Shown: piece by piece, positions 13,334-26,038 of the stretch
Layout: each line of letters starts with the position of its first letter
Position numbering within the stretch: position 1 is the stretch's first letter
Source: Neocallimastix sp. 'constans'
Lineage: Eukaryota
Assembly: GCA_050613775.1 (NCBI GenBank)
Contig: JBODTK010000109.1
Coordinates: 124,001-188,000, forward strand
Direction: 5' to 3'
Length of the DNA: 64,000 nucleotides
The notes under the pieces: model-generated
Databases searched by the model: none
What the model was told of the DNA's origin: nothing
What the model saw: the letters and a program-made list of their open reading frames with translations, nothing else
Translations under genes and position numbers: made by a program

Positions 13334-16300
13334 ATGGAAATCCAATTTATAAGAAATAAGAATTTCATTCTAAGAGGTTCAAGGTGCCACGGTATACCAA
13401 TGGAGAATACGAAACTACTCTTTATCCGCGGACTTCGATCTTGGCCAGAAATCAAAATGAGAAGACATTTAAAGAAAACTCTGAATGAATTAAATGATAA
13501 GGTTTTATCAGTTAAACGTATTGCTAATTTTAATGATGCATTCTTTAAAATTAAAATAGTAGGTAATGAAGAAGAATTAACATCTATTACTGATTGTATT
13601 GTTAATAGTTTCAAACGTGCTTCAATTAACGTTATTAATTGTAGCAAAAGGAATCATAAATACAGTTTTTCTTCACTCAAAAGGAAACATTTTGCCTTAT
13701 CAGAAAAAGTGAATTCATCTTATAATATCAACTTATTCACTACTTCAAATTCAAATGCAGATTCAAGTCAAAATTCAAATTCAAGTTCAAATACAGATTC
13801 ATGTTCAAGTTCAAGTACAAGCTCAAGTTCAAGTTCAAGTCCAAGTTCAAGTACAAGCTCAAGTTCAAGTTCAAGTACAAGTTTAAGTACAAGTTCAAGT
13901 ACAGGTTCAAGTTCAAGTTCAAGTACAAGTACAAGTTCAAGTTCAATTTCAAATTTATGTTTAAATTCAGTTTCAAGCTCAGATTCATATTCAAATTTCA
14001 GTTCAATCAATTATAATAATTCCAATAATATTAATAACACTCATATTAATAATAATACAGTTAAAGAATTTTCTCTATGTGTCAGTTGGAATACTAATGG
14101 ATGGAACTTTGATAAAAAAGACAGTGTTGAATTCTTTATTTCAATGTACAAACCACTTTTCTTATGCTTTCAGGAAACAGGAAATGGTTCAGGTTCTAGC
14201 AGTAAATATCCATGTCGAGTATCATTAAAAAACTACAAACATTTCTTCAAAAAAGCTAATAATGAAATTCCCGGTAAAAGAGGTCTTTATATTGGGTTTC
14301 ATAATTCTTGTCAAGCCTCTCTTGAAAACAACACTTATGAGTATATTATTTCCTTGTATACTTATAATTTTTGGAATTTCACTAAATGTTCTATTGGTAA
14401 TGTGTACGTACCTCATAGTGGCCATAGCCTTCATGCTAGAGCTGCTAGAATTGAAATATTGTCTTGGTTAAATAGTCACTCTTCTCATCCTTCAATGTTG
14501 GTTGGTGATTTTAATTTACCTACTGAGAAATTAAGTAATTTGCTCTCTAAATTTAGTAATTGGAAAATTCTTCCCTTATGGGGCTCCCCAATTTCATGGA
14601 GTAGAGGTAATAGAGAATCTGATATAGATCATGCGATTGTCAATGATCATATGTTAGATTTACTTTCATATGGTACTTTTATTGACTTTCCCCCCATTTC
14701 GGATCATAAACCTTTATTAATAAAAGGTAAATGTTTTTCATCAGTTAATTCAGATAATTCTTTCTCTCTGCCTAAAAAGACAGTTAAATGGGATAGATTA
14801 AAATGTATAAATGAAAAAGAATCAATTTTTGACAACAACTATTTTAGTGTATTAGAGGAAGTGATTCCAGATCCTAATATTAGTATTGATGATATTTCAA
14901 AGAAATTTATTTCAACTTCATTCAATATTGCTAAGGAACTTAATATCACGTCAATTTCAGAAGTTCGAAAATCTTTTTTTCATATGTCGCAGAAAATATT
15001 TAATTTGCAAAAACTCAAAATGAAATTATATAAATCCATTAAAAGAAGAGGTTCTTATCATAATTTAGATGAATTTGAAGAATTAATTGATAAATATAAT
15101 AGAATGTGCAAAATTATTCATCATATGTGTAATATTTATAGGAAAACTGAATACCAACATTGGATTAATACAGGATGTGAATATATGAAATCTCATAACC
15201 CTAAAAAAGCTTGGAAATGGCTTAAAACAACAGCAAAAGTAGATAAATTTAAAAATATGTCAAATTCTCCAGTAAAGGACAAAAATGGTAAACTAGCTAC
15301 TTCTACTAAAGAACAGTTAGAAGTATGGCACAATCACTATAAAAAACTTGCTTCAAGCCATTCTGATATCAATAGTGCATTAATCGAATGGTATAATAAA
15401 TTTTCCAATGGAACATTTAGGTATACGAGACACAATGAATGGGATATAAATCAAGACATCAGTATAGAAGAAATTAGAGAAGCAATTTTGGCTACTCCAA
15501 ATTTTAAAGCTTCAGGCCCGGATGGAATTCCTATTGAATTTTATAAAGCTTTAATTCCTCCGGATGACGAAAATTCAGTAAATAATTCTTCTTCTGGTTT
15601 AAATTGTTTACAGAAGATATACTCAAGAATTTGGAATGGAGAATTTCCTAGCTCATGGAATGAAGCAAGTATTATATCTATTCCTAAAAAAGGAGATGAT
15701 CTATCTGATTGTGACAATTATCGAGGTATCTCTCTGATTAACAATGGTATTAAACTCATTTCGAAAATAGTCTCCAAAAGAATTTCAGAATATGGACTTA
15801 AAAATAATTTTATTAGGCCAGAGCAATTTGGATTTCGTACTAAAGAAGAATGTGTTAGTTTATTTATTTCAATTCGAGAAATTTGTCAAAGGCGTAAAAA
15901 TGATAATAAAGAAACTTACCTAGCTTTTCTAGATTTAAAAAAGGCATATGATTCTGTTCCAATAGGTAATATTTTATATAAATTAGATGCTTTAGGTATT
16001 AGAGGTAAATGTTATCAATTTATAAAAAATCTATATTTGACATCCAAAGCTAGTGTTAAAATTGATGATCAATATTCGGAATCTTTTAATATTATGAAAG
16101 GAGTTAGACAAGGTTGTCCACTATCACCAATTCTTTTCAATCTTTTTATTAATGACATTTTTAATGATGTTTCAGAACTTGGAATTCCTTTAGGCGAATC
16201 TAGATGTTGTGGTGGACTCTTTGCAGATGATATTGTTCTATGCGCACCGTCAAGAACTAAGTTGAAAAAAATGCTTAAGAAGGTAAATGAATGGGCTAAA

Positions 16301-17731
16301 TTTAATATGATGAATTTTGGAATTAATAAGTGTGCAACGATGGTGATTCGACCAGACACACCTCTTTTTCAAAATAAAAGAGATCCTACTTTTTATCTTG
16401 CTGGTCAACCAATTCCAATAACTAAATGTTATACCTATTTAGGTATACCATTTGATAAAAGCTTATCGTTGAAACCTATTATTAAATTACTTAACTCTAA
16501 AGTAACTAAATCTCTCTTTTCTGTTAGTAAATTTCTTTCAAATTCCAAAATTCCTATTCCATTTAAGAAGATTATAATTAACTCTTATGTACTTAGTAAA
16601 GTCTCTTACTTTGCACCTTTACTTGGTTCGAATAAAACGAGAACAAATAATACTCAGAAATTAATTAATAAAGGATTAAGATGGATTGCAGGTATACAAA
16701 AAGCCAAATCATTTATTAATGTATATTCTATTTCAAAAGATTTACATATTCCTCCATTGTCAGCTAAGTGTGCTTTGTCTCAGGTCAAATGTTTTGATAA
16801 ATGGAAAAATTCAAATTGTATTATTTCCTATTTAGTTAATAATATTCCAAAATCTAGAAAATATACATGGACAAAAGAAAGTAGAACTCTTAAACGTAAA
16901 CTAGAGAAAAGAGGTAATAACGATAATAAAATCAAGGATTTTTATTGGAAAAGAGATATGAAAATCAATTCTATTAAAGCTGAGTTTTATGACAAAAACA
17001 AATTCGAAGAAACATCAAAATTTATAAAACTTTGTTATGACTATCCTGATCTTTCATATGGTTTCTATTGGCTATTGAGAGCACGAAGCGGATATAGATT
17101 AGATGCTAGAATTGCTAAAGCTGCAAAAATAGTGGACCAAATGTGTCCTAATTTTTGTCCCTGTTGTAAAAGTAATAAACAATGGATAAGTCATTGGTTA
17201 ATTGATTGTCCCTTTTTCAATCATACTCGTAGTAAAGTTAATGATAAAATTTTATTTTTATATAATGCTTTTTACCGTGGCAACCTAACAAATGATATTG
17301 TTAATAGTAATAATGATAATAGTAATAGTAATAATAGTAATAGTTATAATAGTAATAATAATATTAGTAATAGTATTTTTAGTAATGTTAGTAATAGTAT
17401 TGAAAATAATGTGTATATTGATTCTAGTGTGTGTGAAAAAGTGTTTAATTTCCTTCTTGGAGGTCGAAGTATTAATAACAGTACAAGGGAATGGAAGGAT
17501 CTATTTAAGTGCCAGATGAAATCAGGTGCTTATTCTGATACTCCGTTCTTAGTGGTTACTGCGGCACTTCTCCAATCGATTATACCTATTGCTATTGGCC
17601 AGCAATGGTCTTTATTCAATAGGTTCAAATCGAATCGTACTACTACTACCAAGAGCGTCAATGCTGAAGAAACAGTAAGACAGGCCAGCAGGGCTAGCGC
17701 AACCAATGAAGATCATAATTTTGTATCTTAA
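13334..17731 (+). CDS. LINE polyprotein: N-terminal domain, poly-Ser linker, APE endonuclease, reverse transcriptase, CCHC zinc motif
   Basis: APE motifs SWNTNG, CFQET, NVYVP, VGDFN, IDHAIV, SDH. RT motifs KASGPDGIP, NYRGISL, QFGFR, FLDLKKAYDSV, GVRQGCPLSPILF, FADD, YLG. C-terminal CPCC..HWLIDC. Confidence 0.97.
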   Translation: MEIQFIRNKNFILRGSRCHGIPMENTKLLFIRGLRSWPEIKMRRHLKKTLNELNDKVLSVKRIANFNDAFFKIKIVGNEEELTSITDCIVNSFKRASINVINCSKRNHKYSFSSLKRKHFALSEKVNSSYNINLFTTSNSNADSSQNSNSSSNTDSCSSSSTSSSSSSSPSSSTSSSSSSSTSLSTSSSTGSSSSSSTSTSSSSISNLCLNSVSSSDSYSNFSSINYNNSNNINNTHINNNTVKEFSLCVSWNTNGWNFDKKDSVEFFISMYKPLFLCFQETGNGSGSSSKYPCRVSLKNYKHFFKKANNEIPGKRGLYIGFHNSCQASLENNTYEYIISLYTYNFWNFTKCSIGNVYVPHSGHSLHARAARIEILSWLNSHSSHPSMLVGDFNLPTEKLSNLLSKFSNWKILPLWGSPISWSRGNRESDIDHAIVNDHMLDLLSYGTFIDFPPISDHKPLLIKGKCFSSVNSDNSFSLPKKTVKWDRLKCINEKESIFDNNYFSVLEEVIPDPNISIDDISKKFISTSFNIAKELNITSISEVRKSFFHMSQKIFNLQKLKMKLYKSIKRRGSYHNLDEFEELIDKYNRMCKIIHHMCNIYRKTEYQHWINTGCEYMKSHNPKKAWKWLKTTAKVDKFKNMSNSPVKDKNGKLATSTKEQLEVWHNHYKKLASSHSDINSALIEWYNKFSNGTFRYTRHNEWDINQDISIEEIREAILATPNFKASGPDGIPIEFYKALIPPDDENSVNNSSSGLNCLQKIYSRIWNGEFPSSWNEASIISIPKKGDDLSDCDNYRGISLINNGIKLISKIVSKRISEYGLKNNFIRPEQFGFRTKEECVSLFISIREICQRRKNDNKETYLAFLDLKKAYDSVPIGNILYKLDALGIRGKCYQFIKNLYLTSKASVKIDDQYSESFNIMKGVRQGCPLSPILFNLFINDIFNDVSELGIPLGESRCCGGLFADDIVLCAPSRTKLKKMLKKVNEWAKFNMMNFGINKCATMVIRPDTPLFQNKRDPTFYLAGQPIPITKCYTYLGIPFDKSLSLKPIIKLLNSKVTKSLFSVSKFLSNSKIPIPFKKIIINSYVLSKVSYFAPLLGSNKTRTNNTQKLINKGLRWIAGIQKAKSFINVYSISKDLHIPPLSAKCALSQVKCFDKWKNSNCIISYLVNNIPKSRKYTWTKESRTLKRKLEKRGNNDNKIKDFYWKRDMKINSIKAEFYDKNKFEETSKFIKLCYDYPDLSYGFYWLLRARSGYRLDARIAKAAKIVDQMCPNFCPCCKSNKQWISHWLIDCPFFNHTRSKVNDKILFLYNAFYRGNLTNDIVNSNNDNSNSNNSNSYNSNNNISNSIFSNVSNSIENNVYIDSSVCEKVFNFLLGGRSINNSTREWKDLFKCQMKSGAYSDTPFLVVTAALLQSIIPIAIGQQWSLFNRFKSNRTTTTKSVNAEETVRQASRASATNEDHNFVS
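13743..13946. repeat. (AGTTCA/AGTACA)n hexamer repeat encoding the poly-Ser linker of the LINE ORF
   Basis: Tandem agttca units are visible directly and generate the spurious LELEL/FKFK/LNLN ORFs. Confidence 0.9.
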
Positions 17732-18944
17732 AATTATGATTAACATTGCGAAGTCAAAGTTAATTATTATACTTCAGTATAATAATGCCCTTGTGAAGTC
17801 TTACAAATATTAATTAAATGAAACTAGAATATATTATACCATTATTTTATTTTTATTTTGTGTTGTGTTTTATTTTTTGTTTATTTTTTTATCTTTTTTT
17901 TTTTTTATTATTTTATTACATGTATTTTATCAAATATTTAATTAATAAAGATGAAACAAGTTTGCTGCCGTTAAAAAAAAAAAAAAAAAAAAAAAATTTA
18001 TTTTATTTATTATTTATTATCTATTTTTATTTACTATATAAACCATATAATCATAATACTAGACTGAGTTATTTATATAACTAATTTAGCTTTATTTAAT
18101 TAATATAAACTAATTTAAAACATTATTATTTAAATAATTATAAGCAAAAAATTATAATTATTTTAATATAAAAGTTATAATTTTATATAAAGCTATTAAA
18201 AATAACTTGAAAGTTGTTTGATTTTATATATATAAACATATTGAAATAATTTGAAAGTTGTTGTTTGATTAAATTTATAAAAATTTTTCGATTATTTATA
18301 TACGATTTTGAAATTTTATATGTAGTTCCCTTAAAAATTATTTAAAATCAATTAAGAATATAAATTGAATTTATATTGTTAATAAATAGAATTTTAATAT
18401 TATTATAAATAATAATAATATAATATTTAAAAAAAAATTATATAACAAAAATTTATTTATTAATATATTGAGTTGGATTTTGATAACTTGTATTGGTAAT
18501 TAATTTTATTTTTTTTTGGGTTCTTTTGTAATTTTTGAATTAATATATATATATTATATGAAACTAAGATTTAATGATAAATTAAATATTTATTGTAAAT
18601 GAAATTAATTATATTTAAATTATTTTATGGTTTAGTTGTAAAATTAAGATGAAGATTTATCTTGTTGATATTACTAATTGAATTTAAAAGAAAAATATTT
18701 TTGTAAATAAAAGAATAATTATTAATAATAAAATTGTAATAATATAAGATTTTATATTGATAAAAATGATTATTAATTATTTTTTAAAGAATAATAGAAC
18801 ATAGGAAAGTTCCAAATAATAAAGAACAACAATAATTTAATTTACGGTTAAGCTATAATTAATTATTATGACAATAATAAGATTATTTGTTCATTCCTTA
18901 ACAATAATAAAATAATAATAAGTCTTTCCAGTTTTTGTTTTGGT

Positions 18945-19346
18945 AGTTAGTACTCAGGACTAACATATACATGGGATAAACGGATTACCTTGATCAAAAT
19001 GTTATTCCAACGGTGTAAACTCAAACTAACCAGGTGCGTTAATGTTGAAAATGCGGTAAGACAGGCTAGCAGGACCAATGCTTCTAAAAGAGAAGACCAT
19101 AATTTCTTTCAGAATAAGATTAACCTTTTAAACATAAATCTTATAATCTGGGGATGAGATTCGTTGCATATGGACTTTTTTCTGAATTTAATTATAAACT
19201 ATATTTTGAATATTATTTTTATTTCATTTTACTATTTAAAAATATTATTATATTCTAATTGGAAAAAAATAATTCTTTTTATCAATTCGGTTTTTTTTTT
19301 TTTTTTTAAAAAAAATATTCGTATAATTAATTAATTAATTAATTAA

Positions 19347-19410
<64 letters not shown>

Positions 19411-19460
19411 GTTAAAAGTTTGCAATAATTGCAAATATAAAACAAAAAAAAAAAAAAAAA
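18945..19460 (+). mobile_element. Short 3' fragment of the same LINE subfamily as 6084-7548
   Basis: aaactaaccaggtgcgttaatgttgaaaatgcggtaagacaggctagcagg..aatttctttcaga..ttcgttgcatatg..gcaataattgc plus poly-A is colinear with about 7180-7548. The 5' boundary is approximate. Confidence 0.9.
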
Positions 19461-19479
19461 TCAAAATGTATTCATTAAT

Positions 19480-21455
19480 GGTATAATTGACCAAGAAAAA
19501 ATTTTATCAGTTATGCTTAATAGCATAAAAGATAAAGCCAACTAACTATAGATACTATCTTCGCCCTCAATTTAATGGGAAAAATCAAAAAGTACTAATT
19601 GAACAAGATGAAGATGTAATCTTCCAAGAATAGATGAATAATTCAGAAAATTTGAAAATAAAAAAGTCATAGAGATATATATTTTATTACCAGCAAAATT
19701 ATGACAATATCAAGCAAATGAAGAATAAAAATTTACCATTCACTGAATAAGAAAAAATTGACTAATTTACTTGGATGAATGCCTAAGGATCTCAAATTAA
19801 TATTAATTTTAGGAAAAATAGATACCGTCAAAAACTTTTATAAAGGAATAAAAAATAAATACAACTTAATTTATTATGTAGGAAGAAATAAAGAAACAAA
19901 AATAATTATAATAAAGAAGCCGATGATATGATAGATATAAATCTGGTCAGTAATGTTTTAAGTATATGCAAAAAAACCCAATCATAAAACTAAAAAAAAC
20001 GTTATATATTCATTATGAATAGTTATAATATCAATAATCGTCATTATAATAAAAAAAAATAAAAACAAAAAAAAACAAAAAAAAATTACAGTAAAACAAA
20101 GTTCAATTTAAAGAAGAAAAAATTATTTAAATACAAAAAAAAAAAAAAAATTAAAAAAATAATATTAAAATGTATCAACGTGTGAATTTCAAGGATATGG
20201 CCCATATAAAGATAAAGTCAATAATCAAAATATCAAATTGAATAATGTTTGGTATTCAGATCAGATAGCAATGAATTTAATAAGCTGTATAAAATTGACT
20301 GAATCTAGAATAATATGTAAAATTAATAAGGAAAGCTACAAATTATAATTTGAAAATGATGAATAATTGGAAAATACTATTTAAAACCTATGTGAATAAG
20401 CAAAAGCAATTAAAAAATTAAAACATTAAATAAACACTGCTACAAAATAAATAAAATAAATGAAAAGAATTCTATCAATTAAAAGTTTTTCTAATAAAAT
20501 ATGGCACAAAAGACTTGGACATTATTATAACAAAAATTTATGAAAAAATATTTTAGTTACAAAAAAAAAAAAAAAAAAAATTCAAATAATCGTAAAGATT
20601 GTAAAATATCAAAATTAAATAAAAATCAACATAATGGTATCAGAAGTTACTTGCAAAAAAGAAATTACTTATTCAAATATTAATTAAAATAAATGATGAA
20701 TTACTAAATAAAAATTAAAATATATTAACTTTTATTGATGATTACTCCAGAAAAGGATAGGAATTTTAATTTGAAATCTAAATCAGAAGTTGTTCATTAT
20801 AAAATTATCTCATATTTATAAATAATCATAACCCAAATAATAATGTAAAAATATTCAAAACAGATAGTCCAAAAGAATATGATAAAAGAATTTTAAATTT
20901 TTACAAGAAAAATTATATACAAAAATTATTCTTTTCACGATTTAATTTGAAAAATAGTGGTGTCGCTGAAAAATTCAACAGAAAAATATCATCATTCGCA
21001 AAAACCATTTTATTCGGGTCAAAACTAAGCTTAAACCTTTTGGATTTTACCTTTAAACAAGCTGCCTATATTTATAATTTTGTGTCTCACAAAAGTATCA
21101 ATAATAAAATCCCAGATGAAATTTACTATGGGAAAGATGTTAAATTTGACCAAATAAAAACATTCAGATACATTTTATAATGTAAAATCTTTAATCAAAG
21201 CAAACAAAAGTTTGAAATTAATACATGAAAAAGGCATTCATTTAGAATTTGATAACAAAATTCACAATTAAATTATTATAGATTTTGATAATCATTCAAT
21301 TCACTTTGTAAGAAAAAATATTTCATAGAGGAAGATCTTGGTAATCTAAAAATTATTAATGACTGAATTGATGGCAACAGTGATTCAAAAAAATAACTTT
21401 GACAGTTTTGATACGTTAGATAACATCGAAGAATAACAATAATATCAATATCTTA

Positions 21456-21488
<33 letters not shown>

Positions 21489-22830
21489 AATTAATTGTAA
21501 TATCATGATATAATGAATAAAATCAAAATATTATTAATTAATGAAAGTGAAAAAAAGATTAATAAATACAATGATTTTATATATAAAGAAGTAAAAAATA
21601 AAAACTGAGAATATTTAACCATTTTCATAAAAATTAAGTTTTGATATTTATTGATAAACTCCCAGAAAGCCCCAATATTATTTCAACAAAATGAATGTTT
21701 ACAATAAAAAAAAAAGAGATTCAAATAATAAAATCATTAAAATAAAAAGTTCGATTGGTAACAAGAGGATAAAACAAAAATACGGAATTGGCTATGTCAT
21801 AATTTATTCATCCACATTTGACATTGTATATATCAGGTTGATTTTTATTTTTTTCAAACAAAATTTAAATGAAATACTTATCTAATAAATATTCAATCTG
21901 CATATCTAAATGCTCCATTAGACAAGGAAGTATATATAACAATACTAAAAGTGGATAAAAATTATTGTAAAGGATATTGGTTACTGAAAAAATTACTTTA
22001 TAGCTTGAAACAAACATGCCTAAATTGGAACTCTACAATGACTTTATTCCTAATTAGTATTAGATTTAATCAATGTAAATCAGAAACAAGTTTATTTTAC
22101 AAAAAGAATAACAATAAATTAACTTGTGAAATAGAATTATAGTAAATAACAAAATTATTTCATGACAGGACTATGAACTTATTAAAAAAATTTTCTATAT
22201 CAAAGTGTGAAAAAATTAATTATATTTTTGAAATAAAAATCTACCACAACAATTATAAATACATTATAAATACATTTATTCACAATAAATTTATATTAAA
22301 AATATAAAATTATATAATTTTATATTTTATTAAAATAAAATATCAAAACTTCTAAAAAAATGTATAACACCATATACAGGATAAAATTATAAATCAAAAA
22401 AAAAAAAAAAAAATTTGATAAAACTAATTATAACTCAGTAATGAGTTCATTAATTCATTATTCTAAATGTTCTGGTCCTGATATTGCTTTTGTTGTTAAT
22501 AATGAAGCTTGGTTTTGGGAATCACCCACTTTATCTGTCGGGAATAAAATTATTAACATTTTCAAATACTTAAATTACCTTATTGATTTAAAAATTATAT
22601 ATGACTATATTGGTGTTTTTATTGCACATTCTGATGCTGATTTTGAGAGTGACAAACAGGATCATAAATCTATATCAGGAAATTTAATATGTTACAGCAG
22701 TAAACCAATTTATTGGACTTCAAAAAAAAAAAAAAAAAAAAAAAAAAATGTAGCACTATCAACTGTTGAAGCTAAATTTATTAACTCTGTAGAATTAACT
22801 AGAAAATTTTTATGATCATGATATTAGAGA
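19480..22830 (+). mobile_element. Heavily decayed Ty1/copia LTR retrotransposon internal region
   Basis: Fragments occur in copia order: GAG-pre-integrase IWHKRLGHY (~20500); integrase FIDDYSRK and SGVAEKFNRKI; RT AYLNAPLDKEVY and LKKLLYSLKQ; RNase H HSDADF..KSISG..VALSTVEAKF. Many stops and frameshifts. LTRs not identified. Confidence 0.9.
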
Positions 22831-25800
22831 ACATTTCATATTTGACATTTGACCCTTGTAAAAATATTATATAAGTAATATTTAAATATAATTATTAATA
22901 AAATTATTATTTAATAAAATTTTGAATATGGTACGTATAAAACATATTATATTAAGCCACAAATATTTGTATAAAAGAAATTGAAGATGTATTAATAAAT
23001 CATTGTAATTAACCTTTAATTTAATTAATAAAATATAATAAATTTATATCAAAATCAATATAAATAATAGAATATGTAATATATGAAAAATAATTTAACG
23101 TATTGAAATATAAATAATATACAAGCCACAATTTACTTATAAAAGTATTTAATTAAGAATATGTGGTTGTAACTCTTAATAATAATTTATATTAATAAAG
23201 TTGACATTATAAAATAATTATAAAGATAATAATAATTAAATATATATTATTAAATACAAATGAATAATATTTTATTAACATTTAAAATTTGAAAAATGAA
23301 ATTATTTTATTTACTAAATTAAAAAAGAACCAGTAATATTTAGTTATTATGGTATTACTAAAAAATATAAATATTTCTCTTTATGACCAATAAATAAAAT
23401 TGCTCAAAAAAAAAAAAAAAATATTAATCAATCATTGAATGATGATTGATTAATATTTATCTTCAATATATAAATAAAAAAAATATATATACTTATTTTT
23501 TTAAATTTATGTATTAGTATAGTTAAAAATCTAATAAATTTATATATATAAAAAAATTAAATGAATTAAAAGTGATACAAAGTACGGTTGTAATTCTAAT
23601 ATAATTTAACTTCTTCTTTGCTGTAATATTGTACACTTCATAAAAATTAAAATATTAAAGTATAATTATAATTTTTGTTAAATAGTATTTTATACAATAT
23701 TAATACATTATTAAATAAAAAAAAAGTTGGTTTAATTTATTATATAAATAAATTATTCCACCTTTGGTTATATAAGTAAAATAATATATAAATAATATTT
23801 ATAATATATAAAATACATATTTTAAAATTTTTTTGTTATTAAATAAAATGAACATACAAAAAGAAGGGTTTTATATTCTTTTTTTTTTTTTTTTTTTTTT
23901 TGAAAATAAATAATAATAATAATAAAAAAAAAAATTAAATGGGAGATAAATACTATGGATTAAATTATAAAATTTTATAATAGTTTAATAACAAATAATA
24001 ATTAATAATATATTATTGTTGAACACAGAAATAATGCAAAACATATATAATTACGTAATTTCCAAGAAATATATATTGTTAAAAATTTTAGAAATAATTT
24101 CCTATATTATGTTCATGTTATACATAAATTGATATATAATTTAATAGTATATATTTTAATAGGCTAAATAAATGATATATTTAGAAAATTTTTTAATAAA
24201 TATGTACTATTGTTCGTTTTATATATATTGTAAATTTAGAATACTAATAATAAGTCAAAGTATTAATTATATATTTGGTATTATTTTATGCTTTTGAAGT
24301 CATGTTTTCATAAATAAAAAATAGTCAGTTATCTTTTTTTATTTTACTTTCTGAAGATATATAGTACTAAATATTTCTAAATGTATTTACTTTTGTATTA
24401 AATAATAAATTTATATATAAAAAAATTAATAATGACACATACTTTTATATAAAGGCAATTTATTAAAAAATAAATGAATATTTTTTTATATTTTTGATAT
24501 TTAATTTATTATATAATAATTAAGGTTTATTTTTAATAATTTTATTATTTTAATTATTTTTTTTTTAAAGATTGTTTAACAGTTCAATTTAAAGAAAAGT
24601 ATATAAATTGTATTATAAGTCAATAATCATCAATAATAGAAAATGCATTTTTAACAATGAAATAGACTGTAATTATAACTCAACTTTGAATTTTTTTTTT
24701 ATCGGATGGATTATAAAATTAAAGATTCCAATAAAATGAATTATAATAATTTATTGAAATTTAAAAATACATTGAACAAATTGAATAAAGTCAACAACGT
24801 AGAAAATATTAAAGATAAGATTATATAATACAATACTTTATATTATTTTATAATATATTCCTATATATTATTAAAATATATTAATATATAGTTATAAAAA
24901 TTCTACAATTTATTTTCAAACATTTAAAAAAATATATATTTATTGTATATTTTAAAATGAAATTCTATTTACCAAATGTAAATTTATATTTACTTTATTT
25001 AATAAATATAAATAATAATAATAGATAATATATTACAGTTATCTTTAAAAAAAATGTTAAAAATTAATAATAATTAAGGTTTTTATTAATAAAATAATTT
25101 AATATATTTTACTATTTTACATATTTCTATTAAGAAACTTTCAATATATATATATTTATTTGTTTCAATTCATTATATATTAGAATAAATTTATTTTATG
25201 AATTAAACTTTATTCTATGTTCTTCTGTAAATGATTTATTTATTAATAATATATTGTATATATATATATATAAATGTTATATATTAATATACAAGTCAAT
25301 AACATTTCAATTTATTATAAATATTAATAAAAATAAGAAAATTATTAAATATAATTGATTTTCAAAATAGAAGTATTATTACTTTATAAATTATTAATAA
25401 ATAAGGTTATTTTTTTACATATATATATATATTACTTATTTAATATTATTTTTTATATTAAATTTTTTTTATTTAGTTATTTCTCTAGTTTTTCTTCAAT
25501 ATTTATACTTTACTTTTGTAAAATGTAAAAAGCTTTTCCTATTTATTGTTAAATAATAAAATAGTACCATTATATTTTCGCTATTTTCGCTTTAAAAATA
25601 AACTTCATACATATTTAAAAATAATAAATAATAATATAAAGCAATATTAAAAGGAAAAATATTATAAATAAAAAATAAAAAACAATAAAATAAAGTAATA
25701 AATATTTTTTTAATATATGTATATATTTTAAATTTTTAAATAAATAACATAAAATATAATAGTCAATCATAGAAATTAATAGTTTGATATAAAAAAAAGG

Positions 25801-25987
25801 ATTTTAAATAATTTTCAGTCTATGAAGTGTCCAAAAAAAAAAGTGTAATATAGTAATATTAAGGAGAAATGTTAATAATAATATTAAATAATATTGTTTA
25901 TTTAAATATATTTTTAAATACAAGAGATCATTTTGTTAATATTTTTATTTTATTAGATTGTTTTAAATGTAAATAAATGTAGTAAAT

Positions 25988-26038
<51 letters not shown>

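Larger units (their letters stand above)
12677..17996 (+). mobile_element. Full-length, apparently intact single-ORF non-LTR retrotransposon (APE-RT LINE)
   Basis: TSD tttattttatttat at 12663-12676 and 17997-18010 (low complexity but correctly placed). About 650-nt 5' UTR with a GC-richer start, an uninterrupted 1465-aa ORF, a 3' UTR and a poly-A at 17973-17996. Confidence 0.95.

Noticed and set aside
13315..17519. Short alternative-frame and antisense ORFs within the LINE
   Set aside because: They are shadows of hexamer and triplet repeats in the main ORF.
17670..17712. Hammerhead ribozyme suggested by ctgaaga
   Set aside because: There is no stem II-GAAA arrangement, and the other copies have ctgaaaa or ttgaaaa.
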